Shown here piece after piece: positions 49,401-61,200 of a stretch of 64,000 nt of DNA. The position numbers were made by a program, and so were the translations under genes. The notes beneath the pieces are model-generated. The model did not search any database, had not been told where the DNA came from, and saw only the letters and a list, made by a program, of their open reading frames with translations. Source of the DNA: Setoptus koraiensis (Eukaryota > Animalia > Arthropoda); assembly GCA_048013815.1 (NCBI GenBank), contig CM106585.1, forward strand, positions 4,464,001-4,528,000. Direction: 5' to 3'. The stretch's first letter is position 1. The number at the start of each line of letters is the position of its first letter.

Positions 49401-50694
49401 GGGCATATATAAACTAGAGGATAGTCATGTTGTTAAATTGGCTAATGTCGCTAATCAACATGCAAACATCTCTAGCAACAACGGAGCACACAATGGAGCA
49501 GCTACTCAATCAGCATCATTTCATAACGGCCATGAGCTCGGAACCGGCACAATTAGCACCACCACTACCAGGCATCCAACTAGTATTGATCACTACAATC
49601 AACAAAAAACTCATTCTCATTTGCATGACGCTAGCTCAACCACCTCAACAAGTACCACATCAACAACGGCGATGCCCCTTCTCAACACAGAGATAATTCC
49701 GATGAGAGATTCTCATTTGAATTCGCAGCAAAGAATAAACGCGAGGGCCATCACTCATAATAATGGCAACAACAACAATCAGGATAACAACAAGCAGCAA
49801 CAGGTTGTTGTTCAGACAAAACATGACCATGCTGCTATTAGAAATCAGCCGCAACAAACGCAACAGTCAAACGTTGTTAGAATGAACGACAAGGGTGGCC
49901 CACCTCAGACGGATAATCCTGTTATGTTGAGCCAAAATCAGCATAATCAGCAGCAGCAGCAGATTGCAAACAGCCAGCAGCAGCAATTGGGTAGAGGTTT
50001 GCAGTCAATAGTGCATAGGCCACCACCGCCGACACTGAAACCGACGGAACCCTCTCACTCTGATAATTTTATCAACAATATGAAAGTGGCCGACACAAAT
50101 AACAAAGGCTTGCCAGCGAACCTTCCGATCGGCCAGTTGTCTTCCATGTTCGAGCAACACAATACAATTCCACATTTTCACCACCAATCGATATTGCCTG
50201 CGTTGCCTCACCACCAATTCAACGATCAAACTCAACAGACACATTTTTTGACGCATCCGAACGAAATAGTTGCCCCAATCAATAGATTAAACAACAACAA
50301 TAACAACAATTATCTGTCAAGATCGCCGCCAACTCAAATCAACAACCAACAACAGTATGCGCAACAGCAGTTACAACAACAGCACAATGTCGACAACGAT
50401 ATTAATCGTCCTGAGATAGTTAATCAACAAAATCCACATCAGCTTGGCTCTGCCATTAGAAACAATCCGAGCGAATCGCAATTGTTTGCTCAATTGAACG
50501 ACCAATTGGTGCATCATCAGGCATCGTCTATCCAGCATAACATTGAGACTCCATTTGGCAAATCCATGCCAGTGCGACCTTTCTCTCAGATTGCTCCTGT
50601 TATTCACGAATCACATTTACCATTGATTGATTATGATCAAGATCATTCTCCTGTTTTCCCTTCCTCTGGTTATTACATTTCTGATGCCATGTAA
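43464..50694 (+). CDS. Very large (~2,322 aa) N/Q-rich low-complexity protein with a K/E/H/G-rich central domain, putatively secreted; exons 43464-43772, 43881-48546, 48701-50694
   Basis: Three open frames join in phase through introns AAT|GTAAGT..GTGCCAG (108 nt) and G|GTCAGT..CGCCAG (154 nt). I read 43881-44280 and found no stops in frame with the 44280 ORF. Weak N-terminal hydrophobic segment VLIAKQLLIVKLLIISQVIRC. The start codon is uncertain (43398 or 43464). Confidence 0.75.
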
Positions 50695-51339
50695 ATAATT
50701 ATAGTAACAAAAACAATAGTAATAATAGTTTAATATATGAAAATTCCAACTCTCTCTATGCTCGTTATGTCATGTAACGACGACAACAAACGACTCATTC
50801 TCTTATGCATCAGTAACACTTCCTCATTACTTTTGAACGTGCTTACTATATCCGTTTGCGCCATAATGCAATTAATCAAAATCTGCCCTATGGCATCTTC
50901 TCTACGGGAACCGATCCGAAACATCGACCAGGCGCTGCCGTCGGTGATTCTGTCTTGGAGTTGAGCGCCATCATTTGTTCACTTGTCCTCTGATGGTCGG
51001 ATATTTTGCTCAGGATGTTTCCTCACAAGAAACCCTCAATAAGTCTATTTCATTGAGTCGAGATCAGACAACGTCTGTTCCAATTCAGCGACGAGGAGAA
51101 CAATGTGCCACAAGATGATAAAGAATTGATACACCAAGTGCTGATACCCACGAGGGATGTTAATATGTATCTAATTAATAGCCCGAATATGAGGCTATAC
51201 GGATTATTACGCGAGCAAAAATGTTTCGCGGGCTAGGCAATCAATTAATGCTTAACTACAAGCATCTCCCTGTTGCCTACCATAGACGTGCCCCGTCCTT
51301 ATGGTATCAGGGGCGCCGATCGCCAGACCATCCGGTCAC

Positions 51340-52480
51340 ACAGGTTTGTGTGACCGGATGGTGGCGGATGGATGTGGGCTCTTCCAAGCATAACATAGGT
51401 ACGTGCCAAAAGTTTGATTCTGAGCTAGAGATGGGTGGTTTCGTTCTAACTATTCAATGAGAACTACTACGGAGACATCGACCCAAAGACAGCGAAGAAG
51501 CTAGCCAAAGAGAGCAGTCAAGGACAGTCACCAGTACATCTGACTAGCACTTCAACTAGCTCCAGATCATCATCGCAAGCTCAACGTTGATCTGCCTTAA
51601 CTGCATTTTTGTTGAACCAATTTGTTACTTCACGATGATTCCATAAATCCTGAGAATGACTTTGCTTTGTTCTTTAAAATGAAAAAAAAAAAACATTAAT
51701 CAAGCATTTCATTCAAGATAAATTAGTATTGAGTATTCAATGGGAAGACAAAGAAGCAAAACAGGCATTCTTGTTCGGTCATTTTTCTAAATAACTCAAA
51801 GAAAACTCAACAGAATAGAACCCAATTTCGAACAAAATTTTATCAGTACATCAAGAAGTGAGTGCGGAAAATTCAAAGTCCTAGCGATTATAGAAGCCGA
51901 GATACTTACTGAGGAATCTGTACTTTCCACCAGTGTATAAGTAGACTTAGAAACATTCTGCGTAATTAAATATATACAATAATGAAAAAATATTGTCTAT
52001 TAATATTCGATTTAGTAGAACTGTTATACTTTTGAAGGTCTTTCAGATGGTGGTGCCCTACTCTGTTGTATTTCAAGCTAGTGTTGAATGAGCTCGAGAT
52101 CTCTCTTAGCCTGACAAGGGAGGAAGTTGTCCCAATTACAGTAATCAAGTGCCATAGTTAGTAGCCATTCAGGCTTTATCACAAGAACAGTTACATAGGA
52201 AACATCAAGGACTATCTTTCTGGAGTGGTGCTACCCAACGATTGGAGCGCGAGAGATCCAATTTCAACTTTGATACTGACTCAGAAGTTTTAATCAGGCC
52301 CAATAGAATAGATAATCTAATTCTCATTGGCCATTCGAATTTTCCACATTCATTCTGGACAGTGAAACAGGTGTCCCTGTTGGAAACATTTTCGAGATAT
52401 GTTAGGACGGAACAAAACCGTAGCACTTTAGCAACAACATCACACGATCGTGTAATGGCGACGGAGATGAGATTGTTATA
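51340..52480 (+). mobile_element. Heavily decayed non-LTR retrotransposon relic (possible ORF1 knuckle plus APE endonuclease fragments)
   Basis: In order, across stops and frameshifts: GSSKHNIGTC (knuckle-like, 51377-51406), KVLAIIEAEIL (cf. DVIAITETWL), GGAL/LLYFK (cf. GGGVALYIK), DNLILIGHSNFPHSFW (cf. LIILGDFNxPHxxW), LLETF..DRVMAT. Spacing is somewhat longer than typical. Confidence 0.4.
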
Positions 52481-52633
52481 AGGGCTTTCGGCCAGAGGAG
52501 CCGGCTACAAGATTGGCTTTGGCGAATGCAGCTGCATAATATAACCGTCGAAAGTTTGCACATCTAGGCCATCCGATGTCCTGGATCAATACTGAATTGG
52601 CTAGTATAAAACTAGATATAGTTTATATATTTT

Positions 52634-53018
52634 TCAATTGAACGACCAATTAGTACATCATCAGACATCGTCTATCCAGCATGACATAGAGACTCCATTT
52701 GGCAAGCCCATGCCAGTGCGACCCTTCTCTCAGATTGCTCCTGCTATTCACAAATCACATTTACTATTGATTGATTATGATCCTCCTGTTTTCTCTCCCT
52801 CTGGTTATCACATTTCTGATGCCATGTAAATAGTTATAGTAATAAAATAATTATAGTGAATGATTGTTTAATATATGAGAATTCTAACTCTGTCCCTATG
52901 CTTGTTCTGTCATAACGACTACAACAAACGACTCATTCACTTTTGTATCAGGAGTAACACTTCCTCGTTACTTTTGAACGTGCTTACCATATTCGTTTGC
53001 GCCATAATGCAACTAATT
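52634..53018 (+). pseudogene. Diverged duplicate of 50490-50877 (last ~68 codons, stop and 3'UTR of the large N/Q-rich gene)
   Basis: LNDQLVHHQTSSIQHDIETPFGKPMPVRPFSQIAPAIHKSHLLLIDYDPPVFSPSGYHISDAM versus the parent LNDQLVHHQASSIQHNIETPFGKSMPVRPFSQIAPVIHESHLPLIDYDQDHSPVFPSSGYYISDAM. Similarity continues ~180 nt into the UTR. Confidence 0.88.
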
Positions 53019-53902
53019 CCAGCTTGGCTCGCCGCAGTCCCAACGCAAGGCCTGCAATACAAAACCTTACCTGTTGGAATATGACAAGTGGATAGTTATT
53101 TGTATAATGTACTTCTCGATATGTCTATTGAAGCGGTTACGTAATATTTCAAAAGACTTGTACTTTTATAGGCAGTTAGTTTTGATTTCAGGTACTTGCT
53201 TGGTGCTTGGTGTACGGCCAGTGTACCGATGTGGTGCGCACAGGCATTGTAAGTGGCACAGATACGAGCACAGATGCAGCCGAACAGCTGACGGGATTTT
53301 TCGGAGCCACAAATCAGACGGCCTTGATGAGATTGTGTTTCTTGGCAGCACACATAGGGCGCGTTGTCAAAATTAAAATGTAAAACTAGATGAACTTGAC
53401 TGTCATAAGATACAAAACAAGCAACCTATACAGTGCAGTGCGGATGTTAAGTAATGAATCACTTGCACCGAGTACAAGGTGCAATCAGACTATTGTTTAA
53501 ATTTCCACACTGTCCACGCTGCACAGAGTTGTTGTTGTGCGTGTTGAAAGTGTGCGCACACCAACAACTCTGCTGGCAGAGATTCTGGGTATTGTACAGT
53601 TCAATAATTTACACTTTGCACAACAATCACACTGGGCTCAACAACGAAATTGCACCAAATCAAACTGCACAAACGTGACTTTTTGGTCGTCGTATGTGTG
53701 CAAAAAGTCGCACAGCAATGTGCCACAAGGTCCGTAGTGTAGCCAGTAGTTCACAGTAGTGTTGTAATAACACATGATACTCTGCTAGTATAGCAGCAGT
53801 AAATAAAAGAGGATAGGATTCAACAATGATATTTTTCACTCGAGTATACACAAGTACTTCTACAACAAAATAAAATATCATTTGGACAACAACTATTAGA
53901 TA

Positions 53903-55097
53903 ATGAATTATTATATTGGAAAGATAAAAGATTTTTATAATGAAATTAATTCTGCAACTCTGACTGGTGCCATAGATGTTATAGTAGTTAAACAACCAGA
54001 TGGCACCTGTACATGTTCGCCCTTTCATGTTAGGTTTGGCAAATTAGGGGTCCTCAGGAGCAAAGAGAAAATTGTCGATATTGAAATAGATGGACAACCA
54101 GTTGATGACATACACATGAAATTGGGCGACAATGGCGAGGCTATATTTGTCAGACTTAATTCAGAACAATTGACAAGTTTAAATCTCAAGCCTGGCTCAA
54201 ATGAAGTTGTCTTCAGTGTTACAACACAATATCAGGGCACAACTAAATGCATGTGCATCATATATCTATGGAATTATGACGATAAGATAATTGTATCAGA
54301 TATTGATGGTACTATAACTAAGTCAGACGTCCTAGGTCATTTATTACCATATGTAGGAAAAGATTGGGCTCAATCAGGTGTGGCGCCATTGTTTACTAAA
54401 ATATTTGATAACGGATATAAATTTCTATATTTATCAGCACGCGCAATAGGCCAGTCCCAGACAACACGTGATTATCTTAAAAGTGTCAAACAGGACGACA
54501 TTAGGCTGCCAGATGGTCCATTATTATTATCGCCAACATCTTTGTTATCAGCATTCCACCGAGAAGTGATTGAAAAGAAACCAGAGATCTTTAAGATAAG
54601 CTGCTTGAAAGATATCAAAAAACTCTTTCCGTCGAATCCATTTTTTGCCGGCTTTGGTAACAAAATCAATGATGTTTGGGCCTATAGAGCTGTCGATATT
54701 CCAATTATGAGAACCTTCACTATAAATCATCACGGAGTTTTGAGGCTAGAACTACCACACACGTTTCAATCATCGTAAGTATCACACAGCAATGTTACAC
54801 ACCTGTTATCAATCCATACATCACAAACATCACACAGTGGCTAACAAAGATTGTCATCTATACAATTTTTTGATTTATATCCATTTCAGGTACACCTACC
54901 TAAGTGACGTTGTGGATCAAATGTTTCCACCTCTTAATTCAAATTACTCAAAATCATTCACCAATGATAGTGAGTTTAGTCAATTTACATATTGGCGCGA
55001 ACCCCTGCCTGAGCTTGAAGTAGACGAGCTTATCCTAAAAGCTTGCCAAAACAAAGGCAAACAGAAAAAGCATAATAGTCCATCGAAGTCGAAATGA
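53903..55097 (+). CDS. Lpin: Lipin / phosphatidate phosphatase, minimal 359-aa form; exons 53903-54774 and 54890-55097
   Basis: N-LIP ([50 protein letters not shown]) immediately followed by C-LIP ([21 protein letters not shown] catalytic motif at residue 133, [15 protein letters not shown]) and the conserved YWREPL motif. 115-nt phase-2 intron TC|GTAAGT..TTTCAG. Confidence 0.95.
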
Positions 55098-55272
55098 GGT
55101 GAATTTACCAACTACTAGATAAATGTGTGAATTTTGTTATAGAGTTAGTGACAGAGGAGATTTTTATGTTTCTTTAAAGATATAATTTAAAATACAAAAA
55201 AAAAACTAAAATATTGTGATCACCTCGTCTCAGCACTATATTGATCTAATTTACAAAGGACAATCTCCTTGA

Positions 55273-56838
55273 CTAGTCCCATATTTTTATTAGATTATCC
55301 CATCCAGCACTTATCAACTTTTGTCTTTCGTGTGGATGCCACATGACACAGATACAAACATTGTCGTGGGCTTTAAAACTTGTGATTATCTTGGTAGAAC
55401 TCCAATCCCAGAAAAATATTCTACCGTCTGCGTCGCCGCTTATCACCATTTTCATGTCACATGAAAAATCTGGTACACAAGCGTACCCAGCCACCATATG
55501 ACCCTTGAATACCTTTTTTGTATCCAACTTGAAACGATTCTGACATGTGAAGGTCTGTATTCTATTGTCCATTGATTGACACAGGAGCCTCTTACAGTTT
55601 AAGGCAGGCGTTACGGCTGGCATGGAGTGCAGCGTCGGGTCGGCTATGTATTTAACATCTACAGGTATGTCCCATTCCCAGACTCTTAAGGATTTGTCAT
55701 CCGAGGTGGTGATGAATTTCTTATTTTCATCGACAAAAGTGATTGTGTTAACCGAGCCTAAATGTCTGTCATACTCCTGCACAATCTCTGCGGTTCTTGT
55801 ATCCCAACAGAGTATCTTCTTATCCGACATTCCTGCCAGCACTAGATGAGATTTATCGGGTTCAGGATTGAATTTAACACAATAGGCAATCTTTTTGTTG
55901 GTGAATTTATTGATACATTGTCCTGTTTCTGTATCCCACAATTTCAAATATTTGTCATATCCTGCACTGATAAACTTTGCCCCACTTTGATCGAAACATA
56001 TGTCCCTGACAGCCTGCTGATGACCAAGATATGTCATGATGCATCTCCTCTCTTTGTATAACTCCCATATTTTGATTTTGTGATCCATTGAGGAAGATAA
56101 TAGTAAATGGGCTGACTTGGGGAAAAATCTGATCGCTGAAATAGGCTTGCTATGACCATTGTAAGTGTGGGCAAGACGTCTCGGAACTCTACAACCATCT
56201 GGTGATGTTTCGCTATTCAAATTAATTCCATCTAGATCCCTAGGTGCATGCAAGAAAGATCTGCCTTGGTAGTCATAAGGATCTTTAATATGCACCACAG
56301 CTTTCTCTTGAAATTCAGTATCGTCAGCTCCCTTGGAGGCCTGATATTTTTTCTGTTTCTTAGCTGCATACTCTGCTAATATGGCGGCGTCTTCTTCTTT
56401 TGGCCTACTAACCCGTTCTTCGTTCTCATAGCCTCCCCATGGTCCAAGATAACCCTCTATGTCTGACGGGTCGTCATTTTTTACTTTTTTCCTCTTCGAA
56501 ATACTAGCTCCTTCAGAGTTATGGGACCTCCGCTGTAGCTCGAACTGGTATTCGTCAACATGGGCTAATTCGACATAGCCTGTCAGGGTGTTCTTTTTGC
56601 TTGTTGTTTTGAGATCGACATTAGGTCCGGTGGTCACTAAATCTGTGTTGGACTTGGATGTGATTAGTTTGAGATCTGCCTCACCGATTGTTGGAACCGG
56701 ACAAATGAGACTACACTTTTTGAGTGTTTCTTCGAACCTCTTTTTTGCGCCAGGACTCATGTCACCTTGGTCATTTGATTCTTCATCGTTGCTCGACGAG
56801 TCATAGTCGACCAATCCGGGCAAACTGCTAGAAGCCAT
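55273..56838 (-). CDS. CDC40: Pre-mRNA-processing factor 17 (CDC40/Prp17), WD40 protein, intronless, 521 aa
   Basis: EGYLGPWGGY, DYQGRSFLHAP, HLLLSSSMDHKIKIWE, EYDRHLGSVNTITF, SDDKSLRVWEW, FKGHMVAGYAC, AGWDNLIKIWD. Likely ATG at 56838 (MASSLPGLVDY). Confidence 0.96.
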   Translation of the reverse strand: MASSSLPGLVDYDSSSNDEESNDQGDMSPGAKKRFEETLKKCSLICPVPTIGEADLKLITSKSNTDLVTTGPNVDLKTTSKKNTLTGYVELAHVDEYQFELQRRSHNSEGASISKRKKVKNDDPSDIEGYLGPWGGYENEERVSRPKEEDAAILAEYAAKKQKKYQASKGADDTEFQEKAVVHIKDPYDYQGRSFLHAPRDLDGINLNSETSPDGCRVPRRLAHTYNGHSKPISAIRFFPKSAHLLLSSSMDHKIKIWELYKERRCIMTYLGHQQAVRDICFDQSGAKFISAGYDKYLKLWDTETGQCINKFTNKKIAYCVKFNPEPDKSHLVLAGMSDKKILCWDTRTAEIVQEYDRHLGSVNTITFVDENKKFITTSDDKSLRVWEWDIPVDVKYIADPTLHSMPAVTPALNCKRLLCQSMDNRIQTFTCQNRFKLDTKKVFKGHMVAGYACVPDFSCDMKMVISGDADGRIFFWDWSSTKIITSFKAHDNVCICVMWHPHERQKLISAGWDNLIKIWD

Positions 56839-57031
56839 GAGATATGTAATAAAATAAATGGGGTTGTATCCGGGGATCGTGATGATTCGCAAGTATTAAT
56901 GAAAAAATAAAAACATTTGATTTTATGAATATATTTTGAATGAATCACATTATGAATTTCACAGCAGTACACAGGCATTTTCAGAGATAAATTTTCCCTA
57001 CACAAAAAGAGAGGGTGCTGCGATCGCGTTT

Positions 57032-57531
57032 NNNNNNNNNNNNNNNNNNNNNNNNNNNNNNNNNNNNNNNNNNNNNNNNNNNNNNNNNNNNNNNNNNNNN
57101 NNNNNNNNNNNNNNNNNNNNNNNNNNNNNNNNNNNNNNNNNNNNNNNNNNNNNNNNNNNNNNNNNNNNNNNNNNNNNNNNNNNNNNNNNNNNNNNNNNNN
57201 NNNNNNNNNNNNNNNNNNNNNNNNNNNNNNNNNNNNNNNNNNNNNNNNNNNNNNNNNNNNNNNNNNNNNNNNNNNNNNNNNNNNNNNNNNNNNNNNNNNN
57301 NNNNNNNNNNNNNNNNNNNNNNNNNNNNNNNNNNNNNNNNNNNNNNNNNNNNNNNNNNNNNNNNNNNNNNNNNNNNNNNNNNNNNNNNNNNNNNNNNNNN
57401 NNNNNNNNNNNNNNNNNNNNNNNNNNNNNNNNNNNNNNNNNNNNNNNNNNNNNNNNNNNNNNNNNNNNNNNNNNNNNNNNNNNNNNNNNNNNNNNNNNNN
57501 NNNNNNNNNNNNNNNNNNNNNNNNNNNNNNN
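57032..57531. other. Assembly gap, exactly 500 N
   Basis: Run of n. The round length suggests an arbitrary scaffolding spacer, so true adjacency of the two sides is unproven. Confidence 0.98.
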
Positions 57532-58282
57532 GATTCCTTCCTTATATTTGATATGTCTGTGCATTTAACTTGGGGTGGAAGTGACTACTACAACTGCAAA
57601 GTTATGTAACAATTAAGCCAATGACTAATAGAGGTTGACAACAGACAACAAGAGACACTACCATCTGACTGATTTTTGATTGATAAATGATGGTGATCTA
57701 CTAAGTTTATCTCTTGCTCTCTTTATCTCTCCTTCTTGTTCTCTTTCTCTGTCTCATCCTTTCTCCTGTTTTAGTCCACTGACTGACATAGTAAGTGGCA
57801 ATGTGAAGAAGAGTTTATTCCTAAGCCATTTCTTGCTGACGCCGATCCAATGTTATGTAATGTGATGTAATGTGAAAGTTTACCTATGTCAAATATCAGT
57901 GTGCTTGTGTGTGTGTGTGTGTGTGTATGTGTGTGTGTGTTAGTATGTGAGTGTGGGAGTCTCAACTAACGGCACCCGTATCCTGATGAAACAGCAACAA
58001 CTATCTATAATTACAAATTCTTGATATTTATCTGATAAAACCCAACAACAACATCAACAAATAAGTGAGCAACAACTAAAAAATAGCCGCCGCCGCTACC
58101 GATTGTATGTCCAAGTTTGTGTGTGTGTGTGTGTGTGTGTTGCGTGTACGGAACTCCAATTCTATCATGCAATTCTTATTTTATATCTAGATAGATTTGT
58201 ATGGTTTTTGTTGATAACATTATTAATTCACAATACTGTCTGAGCCCAAGACTCTACAACTCTCAATATGATATGATGATCA

Positions 58283-61200
58283 TCAGGCTGGCCAAACGTC
58301 CGCCAATCGTGTCCTCTTATGTAATGGTTGACCAACTAAATGATTACTATTGTGGTCATGATTATGTTGATTAGTGGCAACTTGTTGATAGGCAGCCATA
58401 TCACCAGAGGCAACTATCAAGTTGCCGCCGCCCAACGAACTACCTGGCGAGGTGGGTGTAGATGATGAGGATAATGGCATTAACAAATGACCATTGGCCG
58501 GAGACACATGACCAGAGTGGCTAGAATTTGAAGAGGGTGGCCTCTGTAGATGTGTTTGGATATGTGATGATTGTTCTAGTTTAATATTGATATTGTTATT
58601 ATTATTATTGGTGTTATTGTTGTTGGTGGTGTTTCTATTGTTGTTATTTGACGAATTGTGAGTGGAATTTTGTTGTTGTTGTTGCGCAAGCATCGCCACT
58701 TGCTGCTGATGATGATGATTCAGAGATGAATTAGTAGCAATCGGAGGTGTCACCGTGGCGGCCAACGTTGTCTGCTGAGGCGAAGGAGTTGAATGATTAC
58801 TATGCGAACTGGGGTGAGTCATGGGTGAAATGGGCCCTCCTGTCAGAGATCTGCGAGAGTTGGTTGAGTGAATTGTTGCAAATTGTGCGAATTGTGCAAA
58901 TTGTGGAACAGAACAAGAGAGATAAATCAGTCAGATTATCAATAGATCAGTGACGAGTTGTCAGTGGATCAGTTGCGAGCTGTCGGTGGAACAGTTATCA
59001 GCGGATCAATTATGAGTAGATCATCATTTATCAATGGATCTTGCGGCATTTGGGGCGCGCGTGTTCCGCCGCGTCACATCATCGCGCTGGCTAGCCACCT
59101 GGCCGTCAGGTGGCGCCAAAACAGGCGAGACGGCAGTAATTGTGTAAGTGTGTGTGTGTGTGTGCGTGTGTGAGAGAGAGAGAGAGACCGTTGCATTCTA
59201 TCATCGGTTTATCTCTCTCAATCTCTTTCTTTAGACTTTTCGCTCTTTCTCTGTCTACATCATGATGGCTTAGTTTCGCTTGTTTGTTATTTGTATTCTA
59301 TCGCTAGCGCTTTTTCTTTTCTCTCTCTCTCTCTGTTCTGGCTTCTCGGCTTCTCTCTCTCTCTTTCTCTCGGCTTCTTTCCAGCGCTCGGCTTCTTTCC
59401 AGCGCTCGGCTTCTCTCGAGCGCTCGGCTCTCTCGAGCGCTCGGCTAGTCGCTGGCACGGCTCGCTTCTTTGGCTTGCCTCGTCGTGGTCGCAGTCGTCT
59501 TAGCATGTTGACTCCATCATGTTATTTAAGCTGTTTTCCAAAATTAGGTCAGGCCATACATCTACCTGTTGCTCGTTTCTATTGCTGCCATTGCCGCCGT
59601 TAACCAGTTTTAGTTGTTGCTGTTGTTGGCGTTGCTGTTGTTGGCGTTGCTGCTGTTGTTGTTGCTGTTGTTGTGCCGTTGTAGCTGTTGCTGGTCAGGA
59701 GCAGCGGCAGTAAATTACATAGATAGAATTGTTGCACTGAGAGAGAGTAGAAGCGAATTCTCTAAAGACAAAATCAAAATCAACTTCTTCTTCTTCTTTT
59801 GCTATTCCACTTATAATGTAGTTGTTGTTGTTGCTTAATACGGGGATAGTAATTTCTCTCTCGCTCCCTCATTCTTTCCACCTCTCCAACGCTTCTCTCG
59901 GCTCTCGCACACTCTGATAGAAGACACACACACACACTCTTTTGGAATACGAAGACACACACACACACACTCTGTTGAACAGAGTCTGTTGGAATACCAA
60001 GACACACACACTATATATATATAATAGAAGAATGTTGCACTTGTTGTTGTTGGCTGTTGTTAGCCCAACAACGAAAGCTGGCTAAAAAAAGTGTGTCAGG
60101 TGTATGCACTTGCTAATCTAGCCAGTTTTGGACACACAACAGCGACACAACCGAAGCATACACAGCATCTTGCCACCACTCTTACCTGGCCAGAGATTAA
60201 ATAACTGGCGCTGGCTCTGGCGCCGGCAATAGGCCATGGTCCGCAAGCCGGCGAGCTTCGCCGTCGAGCTAGCTCGCCGGCCGGCCTGCCGACTGAATGG
60301 CTGGCTCGACGGCAAAGTGTGTTGGACATACAACACAAACAAACTTGAATTGACTTGGAGAGCAACAACAGCGAACGAGGACGAAGAAAGTCTGATTATC
60401 TCTCGCTCGCTCGCTCGCTCTGTGTGTCTCTCTCATTATCATGGCAAGATCGCTGCGCTGTGTGCCGTGCCGTGTGGAATCTAATGCAAGTCGCGGCCAG
60501 ATAATCGTGAGAGAGCAAAAAGAAGCAACAGGTTGCCGCTTTCGCCCGGCCGCTCGGCCGGCTCGGTGCTCGGTTGCTCGGCTGTGCGCCGGCCGCTCGG
60601 GCTCGCGAGCTCAACTTGGAAATTGTATCTTTGTCCTCGATTTAGCTCCGCTGCAAAGCCGGCCAAATCGGCCCCATCCATGGCCAACAGTGCGCGGCTG
60701 TCGCTGCTGCTTGCAACAACGGCAACAACAGCGGCAACAACGGCAACAACGGCATCAGCGGCAACAACGGCAACTGCCGGCGCCGCCGCCGCCGCCGCGA
60801 AGAAAGCAAAGTCAAGAGGAGACAAAAATGAAAGAGAAACTACCACTGCTATTACTAACCTTCCATGAATGGATTGATGATGAGATAGTACCAAGCTATT
60901 GTGCTGCCAATTGTTGTTGTTGTTGTTGTTGCTGGCGCCGTTATTAACGGCAAGGGCCGTGCTCAGGTCGGCCGTATTAAAAGCCACAGCTTCCGCCTGA
61001 AACGGCTCGCCTGTTTATAACCGGCCGAGTCGTTTTTATTTTCATTATCCGCCGTTGTCCGTCGCCGTCGTCGTCGTCGTCGTTGTTGTTGTTTGCCAAT
61101 TGGCAATTGCAAGTTATTCCAGGTTGTTGGTTGTTCCATTCCACGGCATTATCCGCCGTTATAGTTTATTATTGTGTCAGTTTTGGGTAGATGCCGTCGC

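Noticed and set aside
56936-57568. ORFs of 178-210 aa spanning X residues
   Set aside because: Artefacts of the 500-N gap.
59500-59720. Poly-Q frame on the minus strand as a possible extra Mef2 exon
   Set aside because: The flanking exons (60860 donor, 58850 acceptor) already join in phase 2, and the candidate's splice phases do not fit.
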